In this document: piece after piece, positions 53,458 through 62,330 of the stretch
Position numbering within the stretch: position 1 is the first letter of the stretch
Layout of the letters: each line of letters starts with the position of its first letter
Assembly: GCA_003456155.1 (NCBI GenBank)
Contig: DMPC01000164.1
Span: 1,378 to 65,377 of the forward strand
Length of the DNA stretch: 64,000 nt
Reading direction: 5' to 3'
Source of the DNA: Actinomycetota bacterium
GTDB lineage: Bacteria; Actinomycetota; Actinomycetes; S36-B12
The notes under the pieces: generated by a model
Database searches by the model: none
Seen by the model: the letters and a program-made list of their open reading frames with translations, nothing else
Told to the model about the DNA's origin: nothing
Position numbers and translations under genes: made by a program

Positions 53458-54569
53458 GAGCCCCACCTCGAGGTGACGGTGGTCTGCTTCATGGCACGCC
53501 GGCGGAAGAGCAGGCGGGCCACGATGGGGGCCGCGACGAGGAGCAGCGTGATCGCAAGGATCACGTCCACGACCTCCGGCTCGATGCCGGTTTCGAACTG
53601 GAGGGTGGCCGCACCCGCCCGCAGCGTGCCGACCAGGAGCGCTGCCGGGATGGCCGCGATCGGATTCGCTCGTGCCAGCAGCGCGATCGTGATGCCGTCG
53701 AATCCCAGGCCGGCATTGAAGGCGGGCTCGAACCTGCCAGTCACGCCCAGGGTCTCGATCGCGCCGCCCATGCCGGCAAGGGCGCCGCTCACGGCCATGG
53801 CCAGCACGATGGTGCCCTTGACCGAGATGCCGGCGTAGCGCGCCGCGTTGGGGTTGAGACCGACGGTGTTGAAGCGGAATCCGCTCGTGGTGCGCACGAG
53901 GAACCAGCCGAAGAAGAGCGCGACGATGACGGCGAGGACGAATCCCGAGGGGATGATGCCGAACGAGGGCAGGGCAGCGGACTCGGCGATGGCTGGCGTG
54001 CGCGACAGGGGCTGGTCTGGCTCCTTCAGGGGGCGGCTGGCCAGATAGTCGACCAGGGCGATGGCGATGCTGTTGAGCATGATGGTCGTGATGACCTCGG
54101 AGACGCTCCGGTAGGCGCGCAGGACACCGGCGATGGACGCCCAGGCTGCCCCGCAGAGCATGCCGAAGATGATGGCCACGGGCAGGTGGATGATGGCGGG
54201 GACCGTGAAGGCGTATCCCGCCCAGGCCGCTCCCACGGCACCCACCAGGAGCTGCCCCTGGGCTCCGATGTTGAACAGGCCCGCCCTCAGGCCGACGGTG
54301 ACAGCGAGTCCGGTCAGGATCAGCGGGGTCGACTTCTCCATGACGCGGATGAGGCCCTCGCTCGAGCCCAGCGCGTTGCTGAAGAGCACCCAGTAGGCGT
54401 AGAAGGGGTTGACGCCCTGCAGCCAGATGAGGATGCCGCCGATCGCGAAGGCGAGCAGGACCGAGACGATCGGCAGCAGGATGCCCGGGATCCGATCGAG
54501 GGGTCCGGATCGGCGGGGATCGGGGTCGGTGAACCCCAGATCCGTCCGTGCCGGGTCGGTGGTCGTCAT
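53454..54569 (-). CDS. ABC transporter permease (BMP/nucleoside importer, TMD 1)
   Basis: 371 aa, polytopic. Motif FNIGAQGQLLVGA. Confidence 0.85.
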   Translation of the reverse strand: MTTTDPARTDLGFTDPDPRRSGPLDRIPGILLPIVSVLLAFAIGGILIWLQGVNPFYAYWVLFSNALGSSEGLIRVMEKSTPLILTGLAVTVGLRAGLFNIGAQGQLLVGAVGAAWAGYAFTVPAIIHLPVAIIFGMLCGAAWASIAGVLRAYRSVSEVITTIMLNSIAIALVDYLASRPLKEPDQPLSRTPAIAESAALPSFGIIPSGFVLAVIVALFFGWFLVRTTSGFRFNTVGLNPNAARYAGISVKGTIVLAMAVSGALAGMGGAIETLGVTGRFEPAFNAGLGFDGITIALLARANPIAAIPAALLVGTLRAGAATLQFETGIEPEVVDVILAITLLLVAAPIVARLLFRRRAMKQTTVTSRWGS

Positions 54570-54662
54570 GATCGAAGAATCCTGTCACAGACGAGGCTGT
54601 CGCGGAACGCCAAGGGCAAGAGCAGCGAGGGCCGGTTTCGGAATGCCCCGGGGAACAGGGAA

Positions 54663-54696
54663 CCGGGGGTGACGCGCCGCTGCGCATCACCCCCGG
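54663..54696 (-). other. Intercistronic GC-rich stem-loop between the SBP and permease genes
   Basis: CCGGGGGTGAcGCGC cgct GCGCaTCACCCCCGG read directly (10+4 bp stem with one mismatch). It starts 18 nt downstream of the SBP stop. Confidence 0.55.
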
Positions 54697-54713
54697 TCCC
54701 GTCGTGCGACGTG

Positions 54714-55874
54714 CTAGCCGAGCGTCACGCCCGTCTCGATGGAGCCATCGGCGAGACCCGCGATGACGGCATCGACCTGGGACTTCACGTCATCAGGAAC
54801 AACCGCCTCGGTGTTGTGGTACGGGGCCAGGCCGGTGTTTCCGAGGAAGTTGCCACCGGGGAAGGCGCCGTCCTTGGCCGCGAGGATGAGGTCGGCGGTG
54901 CCCTGCTTGAGCTTCTTCTCCGCCGAGGTCAGCAGGCACTTCTGCGCCTGCGGAACGGTGAAGAACTGATCGGTGTCGACGCCGATGCAGAAGATGGTCT
55001 CGCCTGCACCCGGCGCCTTCGCGATCTCGATGAGCGCCCCGTTGCCGGTGTTGCCACCCGCACCGAAGATGATGTCGGCGCCCTGGGAGAGCTGCTTCTT
55101 GGCCTCGGCCGCACCCCACTCAGGATCGTTGAAGGCGTTGTTCGGCTCGTGGTAGACGATCGTCACGTCCGCCTCAGGGTTCGCGGCCAGCACGCCCGCC
55201 TTGTAGCCCTCACCGAAGAGCTTGACCGGGGGAACCGTGTCGGTGCCCAGGACAGCCCCCAGCTTGTTGGTCTTGGTCATCAGGCCGGCGAGGTAGCCGG
55301 CGGCGTAGCCCGCCTTGTCCTCGGGGAAGACCAGCCCGGTCAGGTTCGGGATCGCCTCACCCTGGAACTGGTCGACACCGACGAAGTTGGTGGTCGGGTT
55401 GGCCTTGGCCGCCTCGATGGAGGCCTCGCCCATGAGGAAGCCGACGGTCACGATGACGTCGTAGGCCTTCGAGGTGAACTGGGCGATGTTGTTCAGGTAG
55501 TCCTTGGGATCGGTCGTCTCGATGAACTTCGCGAAGCCACCGGTGACGTTGGCAGCCTCCTGGGCCCCCTCCCACGCGGACTGGTTGAAGGACTTGTCGT
55601 CGACCTTGCCGGTGTCGGTGACCAGGCCGATGCAGAAGTTCTCCGGCGCGGCGCAGTTGCTGTCGTCGGTCGTGAGGGCCGGGGCCGCGTCGGCCGGAGC
55701 CTCTTCGGCCGGAGCCTCTTCGGCCGGAGCGGCCTCGGTCGACTCGGCCGGAGCTGCCTCGGAGGCGGCGGCGGTGGAGTCAGTGGCGGCCTCGTCCGTG
55801 CTGCTGCTGCAGCTGGCGAGCACCAACGCGGCTGCGATCACTCCGGCAGCCAGGAGCTTGCGATGCATATGCAT
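54714..55874 (-). CDS. BMP-family (PnrA/Med-like) nucleoside-binding ABC lipoprotein
   Basis: 386 aa. Lipobox LVLASC, an AAPAEEAPAEEAPA linker, and the BMP motif VTDTGKVDDKSFNQSAWEG. Confidence 0.85.
   Translation of the reverse strand: MHMHRKLLAAGVIAAALVLASCSSSTDEAATDSTAAASEAAPAESTEAAPAEEAPAEEAPADAAPALTTDDSNCAAPENFCIGLVTDTGKVDDKSFNQSAWEGAQEAANVTGGFAKFIETTDPKDYLNNIAQFTSKAYDVIVTVGFLMGEASIEAAKANPTTNFVGVDQFQGEAIPNLTGLVFPEDKAGYAAGYLAGLMTKTNKLGAVLGTDTVPPVKLFGEGYKAGVLAANPEADVTIVYHEPNNAFNDPEWGAAEAKKQLSQGADIIFGAGGNTGNGALIEIAKAPGAGETIFCIGVDTDQFFTVPQAQKCLLTSAEKKLKQGTADLILAAKDGAFPGGNFLGNTGLAPYHNTEAVVPDDVKSQVDAVIAGLADGSIETGVTLG
55691..55760 (-). repeat. In-frame 15-nt repeat units (cggccggagcctctt) encoding APAEE-type linker
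   Basis: Visible directly. This is the third lipoprotein in the window with the same repeat type just after the lipobox. Confidence 0.7.
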
Positions 55875-55998
55875 CCCCTTCTGATAGGTGAATCTCGTAA
55901 GCGAGAGTTGCCGTCACCCTAACTGAGGAAATCGGCCGCCAGCACCCCGGGCAACAGGAAGAAACCACTTCGTGACCTGCCTCACCCGGTCCCCGGGT

Positions 55999-56781
55999 TC
56001 ACACTCCGCGAAGGGGCCCACTCGTGCGTGCGGACGACGCCCAGCCGCCATCGACAGGGAGTGTGACTCCTGTGATTCCTGAGGCTGCCGGCGACGACAG
56101 GAAGGCCACAGCATCGGCCACCTCGCGGCCCTCGACAGGGCGGCGCAGCGGGGTCACGTCGGCCCACCACTCCACTCCCGTCGACCATGCCTCCGCGAGT
56201 CCCGGCCGACCGATGAGGCCTGGAGCGACGGCATTGATGCGCGATGGTGCCAGTTCTCCGGCAGCAGCCGCGGTGAACGACACCAGGGCAGCCTTGGATG
56301 CCGCGTACGCCGCGTGACCCGGAAAGGGAGCCAGCGCCTCGACGGACGCCACATGGACGACGCTCACCTCCGCGGGGTGATGGGATCGCTGGCAGACCAG
56401 ACGGGTCAGCTCCACGGCAGCAAGCAGGTTGACCTCGAGGATCTGCCTCCACAGGTCCAGGGCACAGGTCGCTCCCCCGTCCTGTCGCTGGTCGGCGGCA
56501 CAGTTGACCAGCAGATCGACCGTGCCCAGTTCCGCCTCTGCCTGGTCGACCAGTCGGGGAGCCGCCGCTGCGGCATCGGCCAGGTCAGCGTGGACGCCCA
56601 CCGCTGCACCTCCCGAGCCCGTGATGAGCGCGACGACCGCGGCCGTGGCCTCCGGGGTGCGTCCGTGAACCGCCACTCGGGCACCGCGGGCCGCGAGGGT
56701 CAGGGCGATCGCGTGACCCACGCCGGAGGTCGCCCCCGTCACGAGTGCGGTCCGGCCGGCGAGGTCAGTGATGTCAGCCAC
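55999..56781 (-). CDS. SDR family oxidoreductase (last gene of the methionine-salvage transcription unit)
   Basis: 260 aa. Motif VTGATSGVGHAIA and catalytic YAASKAAL. Its start overlaps the cupin stop by 8 nt. Confidence 0.8.
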   Translation of the reverse strand: MADITDLAGRTALVTGATSGVGHAIALTLAARGARVAVHGRTPEATAAVVALITGSGGAAVGVHADLADAAAAAPRLVDQAEAELGTVDLLVNCAADQRQDGGATCALDLWRQILEVNLLAAVELTRLVCQRSHHPAEVSVVHVASVEALAPFPGHAAYAASKAALVSFTAAAAGELAPSRINAVAPGLIGRPGLAEAWSTGVEWWADVTPLRRPVEGREVADAVAFLSSPAASGITGVTLPVDGGWASSARTSGPLRGV

Positions 56782-57235
56782 GGATGAGCTCCTGGATGCG
56801 CGCCGATTCTGTCGGCCATGCAGTCAGGTCGGTATCCGGGCCGGCGAGCTCGAAGCCACTGAACGCCGGCGCCAGCGCGCACACCACCAGCGCCCAGTCG
56901 CCCGACGTGCTCGATCCCTGCCATGAGCCCGCGGGCACCAGCGCGTGGAGAACCTCGCCTTCGGCCCGTCCCAGCCGCACCCGCTCCGAACGACCGTCGG
57001 GATGAAGCTGCAGCATGTCGATCGATGCCCCCGCCACATGCACCCAGAGCTCGTCCTCGGCGAGACGGTGCAGGGCGGAGAAGTCCGTCGGCGTCACCAT
57101 CCCGTAGATGGCATTGCCCGAGTCATTGCGCCACAGCAGCCTGATCCAGACTCCCTCGCCCTCCAGCGGCTCCAGGCCGAGGCGCTCGATGACCTCCGCA
57201 GCCGTCAGTGCCGCCCAGTCGCCCGTCACGCTCAC
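56774..57235 (-). CDS. Cupin-superfamily protein, DUF985-like
   Basis: 153 aa. Motifs LEPLEGEGVWIRLLW, FSALHRLAEDELWHV-like and VPAGSWQGS. Start overlaps the mtaD stop (ATGA). Confidence 0.6.
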   Translation of the reverse strand: MSVTGDWAALTAAEVIERLGLEPLEGEGVWIRLLWRNDSGNAIYGMVTPTDFSALHRLAEDELWVHVAGASIDMLQLHPDGRSERVRLGRAEGEVLHALVPAGSWQGSSTSGDWALVVCALAPAFSGFELAGPDTDLTAWPTESARIQELIRG

Positions 57236-58545
57236 GATCCGACCCTCGCCTGCGCAGCAGCCAAGATTGCGTCGACATCGACGCGCATCACCCGGCGATC
57301 GTCCACGACCACCTGCCCGGCCACCAGAACATGCCGCACGTCCGAGCGACCGGCCGCGAACACGACCGCCGTGTAGGGGTCATGCAACGGGGTCAGGTGC
57401 GGGACCCGCGCGTCGATCAGGACGAGGTCCGCCTCCTTGCCGACCTCGACCGATCCGAGGCGATCGCCCAGACCCAGGGACCGGGCCCCCTCCAGGGTCG
57501 CCATCCGTACGACGTCTGCCGCGGATATCGCCGCGGGATCGTCCCGGACGAGCCTGGCCAGATTCGCCGCAAGCCGCATCACCGCGAACATGTCCAGATC
57601 GTTGCTGGACGAGCAGCCATCCGTGCCCAGGCCGACCCTGATGCCATCTGACCGGTAGCCCACGATGTCCGCGGCACCACTGGCCAGCTTCAGATTCGAT
57701 CCCGGGCAGTGCGCGACGCTGGCTCCCGCGGCCGAGATCACCCGCCTGTCGTCCGCATCGAGCCGGACACCGTGAGCCAGCACCGGCTGAAGCGAGAGGA
57801 CGCCGCTCACATCGAGGCAGGCTGTCGGGCGCATCCCCCGGGACTCCAACGTGTCGCGGTTCTCCGACTCGTTCTCCGACGTGTGCGTCGTGATGATGCC
57901 CTCGGTCTCACGAGCAAGCTCGGCGATCTGGGAGAGATTCTCGATGTCGACCGTGAAGGGTGCATGCGGCATGTAGGCGACGGGCACGTATGGTCCCCCG
58001 ATGCGCCGGACGACCTCCGGCCAGGCGCGCGCGATCTCCATCCGCTGCTCCCACGACAGCCCGTCAGGGCCGGGGAAGGAGAAGAACACGGGCCCGATCA
58101 CATGACGCAGACCCGCCGAGACCGCACCGCGATGCGCCGCCTCGGGATGGAAGTACATGTCCAGCGCCGTCGTGGTGCCACCGAGCAGAGCCTCGACAGC
58201 GCCCAGACGAGCACCGAGCTCGACGCCCTCCGGATCCATCACGCGGGCCTCCTCAGCCCACACCAGAGACAAGAATCCCTGCAGGTCGACGTTCTCCGCG
58301 ACTCCGCGCAGGAGGGTCATGGGCAGATGCGTATGGAGGTTCACGAGGCCGGGCAGAATCAGATGCCCTCGGGCGTCGATCACCCGATCAGCCTCGATCG
58401 CGTCCCTCAGCTCCGTCGCCGGACCCATCGCCACGATGCGGCCGTCGGCGATCGCCACAGACGTATCCGGGAGCGCCGTGGCCTGCTCGTCGCACACCAG
58501 CACGAAACGCGCGGAATCGAGCAGCAGGTCAGCCCGCATCGGCAA
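57232..58545 (-). CDS. mtaD: 5-methylthioadenosine/S-adenosylhomocysteine deaminase-like amidohydrolase
   Basis: 437 aa. Motifs LPGLVNLHTHLPMTLLRG, HTSENESE, HCPGSNLKLASG and GTDGCSSSNDLDMF. Confidence 0.8.
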   Translation of the reverse strand: MPMRADLLLDSARFVLVCDEQATALPDTSVAIADGRIVAMGPATELRDAIEADRVIDARGHLILPGLVNLHTHLPMTLLRGVAENVDLQGFLSLVWAEEARVMDPEGVELGARLGAVEALLGGTTTALDMYFHPEAAHRGAVSAGLRHVIGPVFFSFPGPDGLSWEQRMEIARAWPEVVRRIGGPYVPVAYMPHAPFTVDIENLSQIAELARETEGIITTHTSENESENRDTLESRGMRPTACLDVSGVLSLQPVLAHGVRLDADDRRVISAAGASVAHCPGSNLKLASGAADIVGYRSDGIRVGLGTDGCSSSNDLDMFAVMRLAANLARLVRDDPAAISAADVVRMATLEGARSLGLGDRLGSVEVGKEADLVLIDARVPHLTPLHDPYTAVVFAAGRSDVRHVLVAGQVVVDDRRVMRVDVDAILAAAQARVGS

Positions 58546-59269
58546 GCCTCCGCGCTGCCTCCACGAGGATCCTGCTCACCGTCTCCGCTCCGTCGGCGAC
58601 GACGGCCATCACGTCCTCGATCGTGATCTCCGGCCCCAGCCCCGCCGCCGGATTCGCCACGAGGCAGATCGACGCGTAGGGCAGTCCGCGCTCCTTGGCG
58701 AGGACCACCTCCGGCACGCCCGTCATGCCGACCACGGTCGCTCCCATCGCCTGCGCCATGCGGATCTCCGCCCGCGTCTCGAAGCGCGGTCCCTCGAATG
58801 CGGCGTAGATGCCGGTGTCCTCGACCGCGATCCCGAGGGCGTCGGCAGCCTGGAGCAGGACTGCCCTCAGACGCCTGTCGTAGGGCTCGGTCATGTCGAC
58901 ATGGACGACGCCCTCCGGAGTCGAGCCGTCGAAGAAGGTGGACGGACGTGACTTCGTGAAGTCGAGGAAGTCGTCGACCACCGCGATGGCACCCGAGTCG
59001 AGGCCGATGCCACCGACGACGTTGACGGCGATGACCTCCGTGACCCCGAGCATGCGCAGGGCGTCGATGTTGGCCCGGTAGTTGACCAGGTGGGGCGGAA
59101 CGGAGTGGTCAGCGCCGTGGCGGGTGAGGAAGACGACCCGTCGACCGTGCATCCCTCCCACGACCGCCCGCGCCAGCCCGTACGACGTGTCGACGTCGAT
59201 CTGCTCGGGATCGTCCAGGGAGTCCAACGAGTAGAAGCCGGTACCGGCGATCACGCCGAGGGCGCTCAC
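58529..59269 (-). CDS. MTAP-family nucleoside phosphorylase (candidate S-methyl-5'-thioinosine / MTA phosphorylase)
   Basis: Track ORF 58529..59494. GTG at codon 76 overlaps the cdd TGA. Motifs VIAGTGFYSL, FLTRHG, NYRANIDALRMLGV, EGPRFETRAEI and VVGMTGVPE. Confidence 0.8.
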   Translation of the reverse strand: MSALGVIAGTGFYSLDSLDDPEQIDVDTSYGLARAVVGGMHGRRVVFLTRHGADHSVPPHLVNYRANIDALRMLGVTEVIAVNVVGGIGLDSGAIAVVDDFLDFTKSRPSTFFDGSTPEGVVHVDMTEPYDRRLRAVLLQAADALGIAVEDTGIYAAFEGPRFETRAEIRMAQAMGATVVGMTGVPEVVLAKERGLPYASICLVANPAAGLGPEITIEDVMAVVADGAETVSRILVEAARRLADAG

Positions 59270-59676
59270 GGGAGCTGATCCGGGCCGAAGCCGTCGGGGA
59301 GGAGAAAGGACAGCGGCACGGGGCCGCCCTCGCGGTCGACCAGCAGATCGCCGCCACCGTGCTCGAAGAGAAGCTGACGGCAGCGACCGCAGGGCAGCAG
59401 TGCACCGGGGTTGGGGCCGACGCAGGCGAAGGCGACCAGCCGCCCGCGGTCTCCCGGGCGTCCCGTGCGGACGAGATCCCCGAGCATCGAGCACTCAGCA
59501 CACAGCGTCACCCCGATGGAGGCGTTCTCGACATTGCTGCCGGTCACGATCCGGCCGTCATCCGTCAGGGCCGCAGCGCCCACCGGGTGGTTCGAATAGG
59601 GCGCATAGGCGAGAGTGCGGGCGCTGCGGGCTGCCTGCCGGAGCTGCTCCCACATGCCCTCGTCGATCTCATGCAT
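59266..59676 (-). CDS. cdd: Cytidine deaminase
   Basis: 136 aa. Zinc ligand motifs CAECSMLG and PCGRCRQLL. Confidence 0.9.
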   Translation of the reverse strand: MHEIDEGMWEQLRQAARSARTLAYAPYSNHPVGAAALTDDGRIVTGSNVENASIGVTLCAECSMLGDLVRTGRPGDRGRLVAFACVGPNPGALLPCGRCRQLLFEHGGGDLLVDREGGPVPLSFLLPDGFGPDQLP

Positions 59677-60259
59677 TACTGGGAGCCTGGGTCAACTCGT
59701 CGAAGGTCGGGAATCGAGAGGCGATGTCGCTTCCCGTGAAGGAGCCGACCCAGCCGTCATCGCTGCGGAAGAAGCGGATCGCCGTGAAGTCGGGCAGCGT
59801 CCCCATGTCGAACCAGTGCGTGGTGAGGGCGGGAACACTGAGCAGGTCGCCCTTGGTGCACAGCATCGCGAGCACACGCTCCCCGATGTGCAGGTAGAAC
59901 ACTCCGCTGCCGTGGGCGAAGAAGCGGATCTCCTCCTCATCATGGGTGTGCTCGTTCAGGAAACGGGCACGTGCGGCGGTCGCCGTCTCCAGCAGCTCCT
60001 CGGGGCTCTCCGGCGTCAGGTGGAGCTGGGCGACATCGACGAGTGTGTAGCCCTGTGATGCGCAGAGACGCTCGATCAGCGCGGCATACGAGTCGAGAAC
60101 CTGCTCCTGGCTGCTCGACGCATCGACATCGTCACGCACCTCGAGTCGGTCGAAGGTGATGCCCACGGCAGCCAGCTCGTCGCCGATGCGGAGGGGATCA
60201 GAGGTGCGCAGCACCGGCTCGGTCGGCTCTGTTTCGGACCAGATGGTGAGCATCGTCAT
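59669..60259 (-). CDS. mtnD: Acireductone dioxygenase (ARD cupin)
   Basis: Track ORF 59669..60469. Start at Met71 (MTMLTIWSE). Metal motif EHTHDEEEIRFF and a later WFDMG. Stop overlaps the cdd start by 8 nt. Confidence 0.8.
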   Translation of the reverse strand: MTMLTIWSETEPTEPVLRTSDPLRIGDELAAVGITFDRLEVRDDVDASSSQEQVLDSYAALIERLCASQGYTLVDVAQLHLTPESPEELLETATAARARFLNEHTHDEEEIRFFAHGSGVFYLHIGERVLAMLCTKGDLLSVPALTTHWFDMGTLPDFTAIRFFRSDDGWVGSFTGSDIASRFPTFDELTQAPSNA

Positions 60260-60290
60260 GACGGGAACCTCCGGGGTGTCGTGGAGATCA

Positions 60291-60914
60291 TTATGGACGG
60301 CGCCCCGGGGGCGCGACGAGATCGAGAAGCAGCGCGTGCTGCAGCAGCCAGTCGGCGCTCTCGGTGCGATTCGCCGCATCGTCCAGCGAGGCGCCCCAGA
60401 CATACATGCCGTGGTCGGCGACCAGCACCACGGGCACGGCGGGGTTGAGAGCCCTCCGGATGCGCTCACTGAGGACAGCCATGTCCTGGCTGTTCTCCAC
60501 CACAGGAACGGTGTAGACGTCCCCTTCCGCCGAGCAGCCGAGCCCCTTCATCTGCTCGACCCCGGTGAGTGCCACGCCGCTCGGCCAACGGGCCGCTGCG
60601 AGCACCGACGACATCGCATGCACGTGGACCACGGACCTCGCCCCCGAGACGTCGACGATGGCCGCATGGACGGGCGCCTCCGCGCTGGGGGCGTGGCTCT
60701 GGCCCTCCAGGGCTTGTCCCATCGCATCCGTGATCACCGCATGCTCAGGCTGGGTCGCGTGCTTGGCGATGCCGCTGGCGCTGACCAGCAGGTGGCGAGG
60801 GTCCTCCTGGGCGACCACGGAGACATTGCCGGAGGTTCCGCGCATCCAGCCGAGGTCGTACAGGTGCCGGGTGGTGGCGGCCAGCCGCACCGCGCGTCCA
60901 TGCTCGAGGGACAT
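60291..60914 (-). CDS. mtnB: Methylthioribulose-1-phosphate dehydratase (class II aldolase/adducin fold)
   Basis: 207 aa. Motifs WMRGTSGNVSV and VVHVHA. Confidence 0.75.
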   Translation of the reverse strand: MSLEHGRAVRLAATTRHLYDLGWMRGTSGNVSVVAQEDPRHLLVSASGIAKHATQPEHAVITDAMGQALEGQSHAPSAEAPVHAAIVDVSGARSVVHVHAMSSVLAAARWPSGVALTGVEQMKGLGCSAEGDVYTVPVVENSQDMAVLSERIRRALNPAVPVVLVADHGMYVWGASLDDAANRTESADWLLQHALLLDLVAPPGRRP

Positions 60915-60988
60915 GCCCGGACACTAGCGCCCGTGCCACGGGGCTAGCGTTCGATCCTCGGGGGGAACGACAGCACGAGGAGGGAGCC

Positions 60989-61723
60989 ATGGAGCCGATC
61001 ACCTGCGACGCGATCGTCGTCGATATCGAGGGGACGACGAGTGCAGCGAGCCACGTCTACGACGTCCTGTTCCCCTACGCCCGCAGACGCCTGCGCGAGT
61101 GGATCGCCTCCCACCCCGATGACCCGGCAACTGCGGATGCGGTGGCGCGGGTCGCCGAGCAGATCAACGCCTCCCCAGAGGACATCGACGCGATCGTCGC
61201 CGAGCTTCAGCGCTGGATAGACCAGGACATCAAGGCTGAGCCGCTCAAGGCACTACAGGGCCTCATCTGGTCGGACGGCTACGCCCGTGGGGATCTCACC
61301 TCCCATGTCTTCGACGATGTGCCTGCCTCCCTCGCCGCTTGGGCCGACCAGGGCCTGCTGCTGGCCGTCTACTCGTCGGGCTCGGTTGCCGCTCAGCGGG
61401 CCCTCTTCGCGAATGCCCCCGGAGGTGACCTCAACCCGCTGTTCTCGGCGAACTTCGACCTGTCGACTGCGGGCCCCAAGAAGGAGCCCGATTCCTACCG
61501 CCGCATCTCCTCGGCGCTCGGCATCCCTGCGGATCGACTGCTGTTCCTCTCCGACATCCAGGCGGAGATCGACGCAGCACGCACTGCCGGCTGGCAGGCC
61601 GTGGGGGTGCTGCGCGCCGGGGAGGCACAGGCGACGGTCACGGGCGCACCACGACTCTCGCGATTCGACGAGCTGGCCGTCGTCAGAGCGGGACGCGACG
61701 ACTCTCGGGCTGGCCGTACGTGA
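60989..61723 (+). CDS. mtnC: Enolase-phosphatase E1 (HAD superfamily)
   Basis: 244 aa. HAD motif I IVVDIEGTT, plus KALQGLIWSDGYARGDL and YSSGSV. Confidence 0.8.
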   Translation: MEPITCDAIVVDIEGTTSAASHVYDVLFPYARRRLREWIASHPDDPATADAVARVAEQINASPEDIDAIVAELQRWIDQDIKAEPLKALQGLIWSDGYARGDLTSHVFDDVPASLAAWADQGLLLAVYSSGSVAAQRALFANAPGGDLNPLFSANFDLSTAGPKKEPDSYRRISSALGIPADRLLFLSDIQAEIDAARTAGWQAVGVLRAGEAQATVTGAPRLSRFDELAVVRAGRDDSRAGRT

Positions 61724-62330
61724 GGAAGCTGTCCCGAGCGATGTCCATCTGCTCGTCGGTGAGCAGGACGGGCGAGCCCGCCGCACGAGCGATCAGGTAC
61801 TGACGGCACAGCACCTCGACCTCCAGCGCCAGGGACACGGCCTTCTGCAGATCCGGGCCGAGGGCCAGCATCCCGTGGTTGGCCATCAGGCAGGCGCGAC
61901 GGTCGCCGAGAGCGGCCTTGACGGCATCGGAGAGCTCTTGGGTGCCGTAGGGGGCGTAGGCGGAGCAGACGATCTCGCGCCCTCCCGCCTTGGCCACCTG
62001 GTAGTGGAAAGGGGGAAGGTTCTCCCGCAGGGACGCCAGCGCGGTGGCATAGGTCGAGTGCGTGTGCACGATGGCGCCGGCATCAGGCCGGGCCAGGTAG
62101 ATGTCGCGATGAATCCGCCACTCGCTCGTCGGCACGCCGTCCGAACGACAGGCACCATCGAGGCCGAGCAGGACCATCCGTTCCGGTGAGAGCTCCGACG
62201 GCGGTATGGCGGACGGCGTCACAAGCAGGCCATCGTCGACGCGGATGGAGAGATTGCCGGACGTGCCCGCGTTCAGGCCCCGCTCGTCGAGCCAGCGCAG
62301 GGCGTCGTTCAGCGCCTCGGCGGCGGTCAT
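61683..62330 (-). CDS. Class II aldolase (FucA-like); candidate 5-methylthioribulose-1-phosphate aldolase
   Basis: Track ORF 61683..62390. Met21 start overlaps the mtnA stop (ATGA). Motifs GTSGNLSIR, EWRIHRDIY, AIVHTHSTYATA and MANHGMLALG. Confidence 0.7.
   Translation of the reverse strand: MTAAEALNDALRWLDERGLNAGTSGNLSIRVDDGLLVTPSAIPPSELSPERMVLLGLDGACRSDGVPTSEWRIHRDIYLARPDAGAIVHTHSTYATALASLRENLPPFHYQVAKAGGREIVCSAYAPYGTQELSDAVKAALGDRRACLMANHGMLALGPDLQKAVSLALEVEVLCRQYLIARAAGSPVLLTDEQMDIARDSFLTYGQPESRRVPL

Noticed and set aside
52483-54690. A 735-aa ORF that looks like one giant permease gene.
   Set aside because: Only the C-terminal 324 aa (from GTG at 53457) are hydrophobic and permease-like. 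The N-terminal 411 aa are an Arg/His/Pro-rich read-through overlapping the genuine permease 53454..54569 in another frame.
55875-55998. A possible purine/nucleoside riboswitch in the leader of the BMP nucleoside transporter operon.
   Set aside because: I could not find the conserved purine-riboswitch core or any other familiar riboswitch consensus by eye. An Rfam scan is needed before any claim.
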